A stretch of 32,000 nucleotides of DNA from Candidatus Syntropharchaeum caldarium (GTDB lineage Archaea; Halobacteriota; Syntropharchaeia; Syntropharchaeales; Syntropharchaeaceae). Shown here piece after piece: positions 25,924 through 32,000 of the stretch. The position numbers and the translations under genes are program-made. The DNA lies in NCBI GenBank assembly GCA_001766815.1, contig LYOS01000008.1, positions 9,653-41,652 of the forward strand. The letters are read 5' to 3'. Every line of letters begins with the position of its first letter. Position 1 is the stretch's first letter. A model generated the notes under the pieces. That model worked only from the letters and a program-made list of their open reading frames with translations. It searched no databases and had not been told where the DNA came from.

Positions 25924-26297
25924 AATCACATAAAGAATCCTGCAATCACCCACTCTGATCCTGTACCCTTTCTGACCACGAAGTTTCTTTGATCCACGTG
26001 GTCCTGGATCACTTTTAACGTCCTCGGGTAAATCTTTCAGCTCTTTCTCCACCGATTTCTTCAGATAAACCGTATAAGTCAGTGATCAATTCTATCTTTC
26101 TCTCTCTGCGAGATACGCTTCTAAAGGTCTTGAAGGTTCTTCACGGCGCTTTTCAAGGGTAACTATTCAATAAGATCTTCCATAAAGTCTTTATCCTTAA
26201 GAAGCCTTTCGATGACAGATTGCTGCTCCTTTATCGGCAGATTCTTGAAAGTCATCCAGAATATCTCTGCCTTAGCCTCCATCTCCAGGAAATCCAC
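25924..26297 (-). pseudogene. Decayed RelE-type toxin (3' truncated, start codon lost) plus its broken upstream antitoxin
   Basis: The toxin frame reads (L)[52 protein letters not shown] and then jumps into the surface-protein fragment. CTG stands where an ATGA overlap start is expected. The upstream small ORF is MEAKAEIFWMTFKNLPIKEQQSVIERLLKDKDFMEDLIE* (26163-26282). Out-of-frame continuations follow it (..LEKRREEPSRPLEAYLAER..). Confidence 0.5.
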
Positions 26298-26528
26298 TCT
26301 ATTGAAGTCATCACATCTCGAAAAGAGATGCCACTCTTACATTTCTCTCTAATATTTCACACTCTTATCACCATTGAGATTAGAAGATGAATGATGATCG
26401 ACCCCATGTCATCTCAGTAGCTCCAAGAGATTGGGTCAGAGAACAGGTCACAGGGAGCCGGTCAGCAATCCGATAAATCCTGAATTTGCTATGCTCCTGA
26501 AGCTATGCTCCGTGCACCTGAACTATCT

Positions 26529-26784
26529 TCATCCATAAACCCTCTCTCTTTTATCCACCTTTAAAACAAGAACGAGCCCCTCTTCTTCGAATACTGAATA
26601 AAGGATTCTGTACTTTCCGACTCTTGCCCTGTAAACACCTTTTTCCCCTTTCACCCTCACATGCGGCACTTCATAAGGGTTTTCAAGCGATAAGATGAGA
26701 ACTTTAATTTCTTTCTTTCTCTTCCTTTGGGATCGTTTTAAGAAACTTCTCGACCCTTCTGTGAACCTTTACCCTGTAGCTCAT
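26529..26784 (-). pseudogene. relE: RelE/ParE-family toxin with an internal frameshift
   Basis: Frame 1 is MSYRVKVHRRVEKFLKTIPKEEKERN* (stop 26704-6). The next frame is ..EIKVLILSLENPYEVPHVRVKGEKGVYRARVGKYRILYSVFEEEGLVLVLKVDKRERVYG*. The total of 256 nt equals 3n+1. One extra A near 26708-26710 separates the two halves. Confidence 0.7.
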
Positions 26785-26960
26785 ATCTCCTCAGCCTCTA
26801 TGAACGCTGAGAGATCACCACGACGCACAGCATCTTTTGCCTCCTTTACAATTTCATCCTCATCGGGCGTGAGCAAGGAATCCTCCACAAGTTCTGCCAG
26901 AATCTCCTTTATATACTCCACATCCTGCCTCAGGACCTTTACCTCTTCTTCCAGTGTCAT
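26781..26960 (-). CDS. Putative antitoxin (59 aa) of the adjacent RelE-type toxin
   Basis: It falls below the 60-aa track cutoff. My translation is MTLEEEVKVLRQDVEYIKEILAELVEDSLLTPDEDEIVKEAKDAVRRGDLSAFIEAEEI*. Its stop overlaps the toxin ATG (ATATGAGC), the classic TA arrangement. Confidence 0.55.
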   Translation of the reverse strand: MTLEEEVKVLRQDVEYIKEILAELVEDSLLTPDEDEIVKEAKDAVRRGDLSAFIEAEEI

Positions 26961-27203
26961 CAGTCATCATTTCTTCCCGGTGATGATAAAGCTGATGCTG
27001 ATGCACCTGATGGAACCCTCATCGTGCTCTTCTCATTGCAGCCTTTATCATTACCATCACTCCATCCTTTCTATCTCATGCGATAATGCATGTTAAAATG
27101 CTTACATTAAAGGGAAATAATTTCCAATATTCCCAAATAATTAGGCACTAGAAAAATAAACTACCCCATAAACTCTCTTTTTCCAGGAAAAAGCAAGTAT
27201 TGT

Positions 27204-27660
27204 ATGGTGATACTTATTTTCCTCAACCAGTTCATTGATAGAGTAACATTCTTTGAGAACCTTGAAAAAGAGATGTTTCTTCCACTCATCTTCTACCGAT
27301 TGTGTTATCCATCTGCAATGAGGTATGCAAGGATGTGGTATGTTGGCAACATAGTCAGGAAGTTCTTTGATGTTGATATAAGTTCACAAAGAATAAGTGA
27401 ATTTCTTGAGGAGATTGGTGATGAAAGCATCCAGAGGGAATTCTTCAAAGAATACATCAGAGAGATAACACCCTCAGAAGGTGTTGATGTGTCAACCCTC
27501 AAGGCAACTGTGGAGGAGTTAAAGAAGTATGGTGTATCAAGAATACTTTGTCATCCCTGATGCAGGATTCTTCTCTGAAGAGAATATAAAAGAGCTTTAC
27601 AATGAGGAAATACAGTTCCTGATAAGGCTACCCTCCTTAAGGAAGCTGTACAAGAGGCTT
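27204..27660 (+). mobile_element. Remnant of a DDE transposase gene (IS4/IS1634-like), internally deleted and frameshifted
   Basis: ...AMRYARMWYVGNIVRKFFDVDISSQRISEFLEEIGDESIQREFFKEYI... is the N-terminal transposase region. After a frameshift at ~27531 it continues ..YFVIPDAGFFSEENIKELYNEEIQFLIRLPS, the second-D region of the DDE motif. It is far too short for an intact enzyme. I found no terminal inverted repeats. Confidence 0.6.
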
Positions 27661-27682
27661 ATTGTTCCAGGAGTTTTAAGCT

Positions 27683-27912
27683 TCATAGCTTAACGGCTGA
27701 CCGCTGGCTGATGACACGATCACTATAAATCCTCTCGATCAAAGCCTCAGCATCAATAGCCCCCTCCATCTCCCGGCTGACCTTTCAAAAGCATCTCCTT
27801 CTCCGGGTACCTCTTCCTTAATCGTCACAGCAATCTCTTTTCCCTCTTCAATCCCTACCTCCTCGAGAGGCCAGATAACCCCTCCTGAAAATTTATCACC
27901 TGAATCTCTTAC
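27683..27912 (-). pseudogene. AbrB/SpoVT-type antitoxin remnant (no start, G5 frameshift); cognate toxin replaced by the IS remnant
   Basis: The minus-strand frame reads ..GGVIWPLEEVGIEEGKEIAVTIKEEVPGEGDAFERSAGRWRG. After a missing G in the G5 run (C5 on +, 27760-27764) it continues AIDAEALIERIYSDRVISQRSAVKL*. The stop overlaps an ATG (CTATGAAG) that opens only antisense-transposase sequence. Confidence 0.5.
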
Positions 27913-27920
27913 TCAAACCC

Positions 27921-27965
27921 AAAATAAATAAAAATAAAAACCGAAGGGTCAAAACCAAACCCTTC
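27921..27965 (-). terminator. Hairpin plus long T-rich tract after the surface-protein gene
   Basis: GAAGGGT (27943-49) pairs with ACCCTTC (27959-65) as a 7-bp stem. On the minus strand it is followed by TTTTTATTTTTATTTATTTT. It begins 15 nt after the stop. Confidence 0.5.
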
Positions 27966-27979
27966 AAATCCTCAAGCTC

Positions 27980-30379
27980 TCACTCACGTCTTCTTGCAAC
28001 CAGATACGCCACTGCGCCAAGTCCAGCAAGTGCAAAGATTGCCTGGAATCCTGGTGGGGTCTCAGTTGGCGTTGCCTCTTCGGTTGCAGTCTCCTCCGGG
28101 GTTGCAGTCGTCTCAACCGGTGTTGGTGCCTCGGTCTCTGTCACAGTCGGCGTTACCTCTTCTGTCGCGGTTGGTGTTGGCGCTGGTGAGATGAGGTTGA
28201 CTGTTGCTGTTACGGTCTTATCACCATCATCTGCCTTCACGGTGTAGACACCCACTTCAGCACCAGATGTATCAAACGTCGCAGTCCATGTCCCGTTTGA
28301 TGGATAAACGGTCTGTGGTGTGAGCTCGACTGGGCCTTTGACTGTCACAACGATTGCCTGATCCGATGGCCTGTTTGATGTACCTGTTATAACGAGGTCC
28401 TCACCAATGGCCACATCCGGAATTGGTGTGTCGATCGTGAGCTTCTGCTCCTCTACAACAAGCGGTATCACCGTGTAGAGATCGCCTGAGCCTGCAGAAC
28501 CGAGTAGATCGGCAAGGATTGCGACGAGATCATCCTGCGACTTTGACGTAAGTATATCTATAGTACAGTTGGTGTTATCACAGTTAAAGTAAGTTGTGAG
28601 GGCTCCTGCAATACTACTCTGTCCGGTGTTTCCAAACTTCCCATCTCTGCCTGGACTCATTACTGCAACAAGATACGTACCACTGTTTGCATCCTCACCG
28701 ACCGAGATCTTCTTCTCGAACGAGTCATCTTCTTTCACAGTGGCGGTATCAACATAAAGCCCTGTTCCTTCAAATCCACTACTTGGTGCGACTATCGGAT
28801 CGTCACCACCACCCTTCGGTGGGCAGATGAAGATTGTGACATTGTCTGTTCCTGGAGCTGTCCCTCTCACCCAGAAGTCATCACCGACTGCAACGCTCGT
28901 GGTCGAGAGTTCTGCCTCAAGCGTCCCCACTCTCATCAGAACGACAGTCGTACCATCGTCATCCCATGCACTCGGCACCGTGTACGGAGTACTACTGGTT
29001 GGCGCGCCTGGATAATCGGCTTTGTTTGGCGCATCTATGTACGCTTTGATCCTCACAGACCCGGGTACCTTAAGCTTGGATATGCTCGTCGTCCCGGTAT
29101 CAATCTCCTCCTCGAACTCTCCGTTCTCATCGATCGTGATGTTGTGAAGTCCATAGTAAACCTTGCCTTCAATAGCGATATCCACCGTATCTCCCGTGTT
29201 TGCCGTACCTCTGATCACAAGCTTCTCACCGATCGTTGCGACAGAGACCATATCAAAGGTTACAGCCTTCTCCTGGACGTTGATATCGACAGTTGCTGTC
29301 TCACCGGTGACGTTATCCCACACTGTGATTGTATAGGATCCTGTATCATCGAAATAGACGGCATAGGTCTTCGTCCCATCCGCATCCAGAGTATCACCAA
29401 AGGTGTAGGTACTTGCGGTGTTGGGGTTATCCTCCTGTCCCGCCGGGAATATCACATGGGAGTCATTTCCTGAAATTAGTATGCCCCTGTTTGCAACACC
29501 GGTCACTGTGAGCTTTATTGTCTCAAGTTCAACACACGTCGTCTTCTCTGCACTTATATCGATCTCACCCTTGTTCACAACAAGTGTCTTCTCTGCACTT
29601 GTCATCTCCTGACCCTGGGCATGCTCCTCGTTCGTTTCCAGGTGGATCCTGTATGTCCCGGTCTGCCATCCTGTGGTGTTTATCCCGGTGGAACTGTAAC
29701 TCAGGAGCTTGGTCATATTGATGTTCTTGAAGTCCTGGCTAGTATCAGCAGGATTCTCTGTAAGCTGGATTCCGTCAGGATTGATTATCACAAGATCGAC
29801 CGAGTCGTTTGCCTCAAGGTCCGGGCTTGTCTCGATCGTAAAGGTTGTTCCCACCGTGATGCTTGATACGGTCTTTGTTCCGACCTTGATGTCAAACGTC
29901 CATGTGGATGGCTCTGAGACTGAGATGTTCATTGAGTTGTTCGCCGGATCTGAGGTATCCCAAATCACCTTGTACTTCCCGGTCTTTGTCAGCGTGCCGG
30001 CATCGAAGTAAAGACCCTGGAGATTTATTGTGTCACTCGCGCATGACCCATTTCCAACCGCTTCGGTCCTTGTTGTCGTGACTGTCTTGACGTATCCCTC
30101 GGTGTTGGTATCATCGTAACCCTCTATCCTGATTGAACTTGGAAGTGTTCCATTAACGAATAGAATCTCCTGTCCAATTATAACCGAGTCCTCGGCGTCA
30201 TCTGTAAGGTTCAGAATCTTAACACCTGGATTGACACAATAGTTGCTGACATTCATCGTATAGCTACCCGTATTATCTGTTGCCCCCACCATCGGCAGCA
30301 TAGCTATCCCTGCAAAGACCGACATCACCATTATCCCCGTCAATACCAGACTGAGTAATCTCTTACTCAACTTCATCAT
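27980..30379 (-). CDS. S-layer-like surface glycoprotein with PGF-CTERM archaeosortase sorting signal (799 aa)
   Basis: It has an N-terminal signal peptide (MMKLSKRLLSLVLTGIMVMSVFAGIAMLPMVGA). At least five beta-sandwich-like modules each end in a G.Y.[IV] motif. I counted about 15 N-x-S/T sequons by eye. A Thr/Pro/Glu-rich linker precedes PGFQAIFALAGLGAVAYLVARRRE. GGAGG lies 6 nt upstream of the ATG. Confidence 0.8.
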   Translation of the reverse strand: MMKLSKRLLSLVLTGIMVMSVFAGIAMLPMVGATDNTGSYTMNVSNYCVNPGVKILNLTDDAEDSVIIGQEILFVNGTLPSSIRIEGYDDTNTEGYVKTVTTTRTEAVGNGSCASDTINLQGLYFDAGTLTKTGKYKVIWDTSDPANNSMNISVSEPSTWTFDIKVGTKTVSSITVGTTFTIETSPDLEANDSVDLVIINPDGIQLTENPADTSQDFKNINMTKLLSYSSTGINTTGWQTGTYRIHLETNEEHAQGQEMTSAEKTLVVNKGEIDISAEKTTCVELETIKLTVTGVANRGILISGNDSHVIFPAGQEDNPNTASTYTFGDTLDADGTKTYAVYFDDTGSYTITVWDNVTGETATVDINVQEKAVTFDMVSVATIGEKLVIRGTANTGDTVDIAIEGKVYYGLHNITIDENGEFEEEIDTGTTSISKLKVPGSVRIKAYIDAPNKADYPGAPTSSTPYTVPSAWDDDGTTVVLMRVGTLEAELSTTSVAVGDDFWVRGTAPGTDNVTIFICPPKGGGDDPIVAPSSGFEGTGLYVDTATVKEDDSFEKKISVGEDANSGTYLVAVMSPGRDGKFGNTGQSSIAGALTTYFNCDNTNCTIDILTSKSQDDLVAILADLLGSAGSGDLYTVIPLVVEEQKLTIDTPIPDVAIGEDLVITGTSNRPSDQAIVVTVKGPVELTPQTVYPSNGTWTATFDTSGAEVGVYTVKADDGDKTVTATVNLISPAPTPTATEEVTPTVTETEAPTPVETTATPEETATEEATPTETPPGFQAIFALAGLGAVAYLVARRRE

Positions 30380-30764
30380 TCAATACCTCCTTTTCTTTTT
30401 TTGAGATCACCGTGCAGGCCTGGGATGTGTTCGGATCGATCATGATGATCGATACCCATCACCCCCTTTTTTCAGGTAGGTATAGACCCAATCCTGCCCG
30501 GTCATCGTCAGGAGTAGTAATGCATCAGCCATATATAAAGTTTTGTGCTTTCCTCCACTATTGTTGCATACACGTAGCAACAATCTTTGCATCATCTGCA
30601 TTACCATCCCCTCATAACCGCGCGCTGGCGGTTTCATTCTGTAGTTGTGTAGCTCAATATTTAAATGCTTTACGGTAGTAAGGAGATATATCCTCTGCAC
30701 GCAAAGAACTCAACCATTTTTATACCCGGACCCTCAGAGATACTGCAGAGAAGGAGGTTCATGG

Positions 30765-30956
30765 ATGAGGAGGATAATCGAGGTTGTTTATGAGGATGGC
30801 GTGTTTAAGCCGCTTGAGCCGGTGGAGCTTGAGGAAGGGGAAAAGAGGAGGATAAGGATTGAAGAAGTCGATTTTGAGAAGTTCTTTGGGATTTTTAAGG
30901 ATAGGGAAATCGTGGTTGAGGAGGAGAGAGATTTAATGATCGGTGAGCGAGTATGA
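30765..30956 (+). CDS. DUF104-type (AF2212-like) antitoxin, 63 aa
   Basis: MRRIIEVVYEDGVFKPLEPVELEEGEKRRIRI is the DUF104 signature. AAGGAGG lies 7 nt upstream. The stop overlaps the downstream PIN ATG (GTATGA). The track ORF start at 30645 is an upstream extension. Confidence 0.7.
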   Translation: MRRIIEVVYEDGVFKPLEPVELEEGEKRRIRIEEVDFEKFFGIFKDREIVVEEERDLMIGERV

Positions 30957-31385
30957 AAGTTTTCCTGGACACTTCTTTCTTTGTCGGGTTCTTCATGGGA
31001 AAAAGGGAGGCAAAAGAGGTATGAAAGTGTAGTTTCCGAAGAACTCTATACATCCCTGAACGTAATCGAAGAAACCACTTACATCCTGATGAAGCTCAGG
31101 GCATCAGATTTGACTGGAATCAAAAAGCACTATGATCTGATGAAAGAGATGAAGGGAAATGAGAAGGTGTATGAGAAATGTTTCAACCTGTCCAGGGACT
31201 TCTTCTTTTCTCTATCAGCGCTGGACATTAAGGTTCTTCCTTTAACTCTTTCATGGGAGGAGGTGTTAGAAACAATGAAAGAATTTCGTTTATTCCCGAA
31301 CGATGCACTCATCGCTGCAACCTGCAAATATCACGGCATAAATGAGGTAGCAACCTTTAATCCCATCCCTAACCCGGACTTATAG
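30953..31385 (+). pseudogene. vapC: PIN-domain VapC toxin, frameshifted near codon 22 and probably C-terminally degenerate
   Basis: Frame A is MKVFLDTSFFVGFFMGKREAKEV* (stop 31022-24). Frame B (track ORF 30981..31385) continues ..YESVVSEELYTSLNVIEETTYIL...LFPNDALIAATCKYHGINEVATFN. It then ends PIPNPDL*, without the usual ..DF.. tail. A 1-nt indel in the A4/A5 runs at 31000-31015 would join the frames. Confidence 0.65.
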
Positions 31386-31729
31386 TATACAAACCCAACC
31401 GGTATTTCGCGTATTCACAGTCATCCTTTCCCGGATAAAAAGTACACCATAAAATCCATTAAATCTAATTCTAACCGAAATTGGGATCTGCATAAACCCT
31501 TCCTGGTGGAAAAATGATATTCTGCTGGTAAGGTTAAACGGATCCAAAATAGGTGTTATCAGGGAAAATACTCGGTATTGTCAGTTCACAGAGAGCCAAG
31601 CAGGGGATATTACCTATGGGGGTTAGGGAATTGCAGGAGAGAGAAGAACTGAAGAGTCTGCAAAACTGGTAGAAATTCCAGAAGCAAAGGATATCTACCG
31701 ATTCTTGAGCATAATCATGGATTCAGTCA

Positions 31730-31918
31730 AAAAATTCGTCTGTTTGCATGTACTTCTGGCAGGGATAGTGGCTTCGCCGGGGTTAACTCAAAGGAAGGGT
31801 TACAGGAGATTACTTAGTGGTAGGTGAAGGGGGCTATATAGACTTGCTTGTTGAGTTTGAGGAGTCTGACATCTTTAAACTTATCGAGTTCAAAGGTTAT
31901 CTTTCTGAGGTGTTATGA
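31730..31918 (+). pseudogene. Possible nucleotidyltransferase (MNT-type toxin-antitoxin component) remnant
   Basis: ..GEGGYIDLLVEFEESDIFKLIEFKGYLSEVL* resembles the (S)DIDLLVEF core of minimal nucleotidyltransferases. The upstream part is out of frame. The stop overlaps ATGATGAAAGTTAAATTCTAA, a 6-codon stub where a HEPN partner would start. Confidence 0.3.
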
Positions 31919-32000
31919 TGAAAGTTAAATTCTAAACTTACCTGACCAAATAAAAATAGAAAGGAGGATTTGGCATCACAAAAACAAATTTCTGAGGGGA

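Noticed and set aside
26488-26511. 10-bp direct repeat GCTATGCTCC x2 separated by 4 nt, downstream of the frameshifted relE
   Set aside because: It is real in the sequence but short and isolated. It is plausibly a chance event or a slippage duplication in decaying DNA, and I can attach no function to it.
26695-27096. 133-aa + strand ORF
   Set aside because: It is antisense to the RelE/antitoxin pair and is Ser-rich. The minus strand gives recognisable TA proteins.
30412-30700. Two overlapping ORFs (88 aa on +, GTG start; 86 aa on -) in the surface-protein upstream region
   Set aside because: They have no SD and odd composition, they are mutually antisense, and they lie in a region better explained as promoter/leader.
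1-32000. CRISPR arrays, rRNA genes and box C/D sRNAs
   Set aside because: I saw no regularly spaced 25-40-bp direct repeats and no rRNA-like sequence. UGAUGA-like boxes in intergenic regions (for example 11687-11694, 23273-23280, minus strand ~9277-9283) lack a properly spaced CUGA partner. The one exception is the rpl7ae leader, reported separately.

Overview
The window is an archaeal chromosome segment. Archaea-specific genes place it there: L7Ae/S28e/L24e ribosomal proteins, archaeal-type SAM synthetase, endonuclease Q, deoxyhypusine synthase, a PGF-CTERM surface protein and two candidate methanogenesis-marker proteins. Together with a multiheme c-type cytochrome, these suggest a Methanosarcinales-like methanogen or ANME/Methanoperedens-type methanotroph. 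That lineage call is inference only. Nt 1-25,740 is densely packed housekeeping DNA. It carries a methyl-cycle block (ahcY, an unknown gene, SAM synthetase, an unknown gene, a DHPS-like gene), endoQ, pycB, nikR and a pentaheme cytochrome. It also carries tRNA-Gly, phoU, a PAC2 chaperone and tRNA-Cys fused to cysS and a DUF2099-like gene. The rest is iscS-iscU, a thi4 relic, nadE, an A24 peptidase, secF, a seven-gene unit (rpl7ae-rps28e-rpl24e-ndk-unknown-coaD-dys), tRNA(CAU) and aspS. Nt 25,741-32,000 is an accessory, decaying region. It holds four or five toxin-antitoxin modules whose toxins are all frameshifted or truncated, an internally deleted DDE transposase, and a 799-aa PGF-CTERM S-layer-like glycoprotein. 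A roughly 140-nt relic of a paralogous copy of that glycoprotein abuts aspS. The points most worth follow-up are: (1) tRNA-Cys ends 3 nt before the cysS ATG; (2) an array of 9-bp inverted repeats lies just upstream of that unit; (3) iscU is broken by an extra A in an A7 run; (4) thi4 has lost its FAD-binding motif and its C-terminus; (5) the rpl7ae leader has a box C/D-like K-turn candidate; (6) a small pentaheme lipoprotein cytochrome is present; and (7) the surface-protein, TA and IS decay island. I found no CRISPR array and no rRNA. Coordinates of small or frameshifted features come from hand translation and may be off by a few nt.
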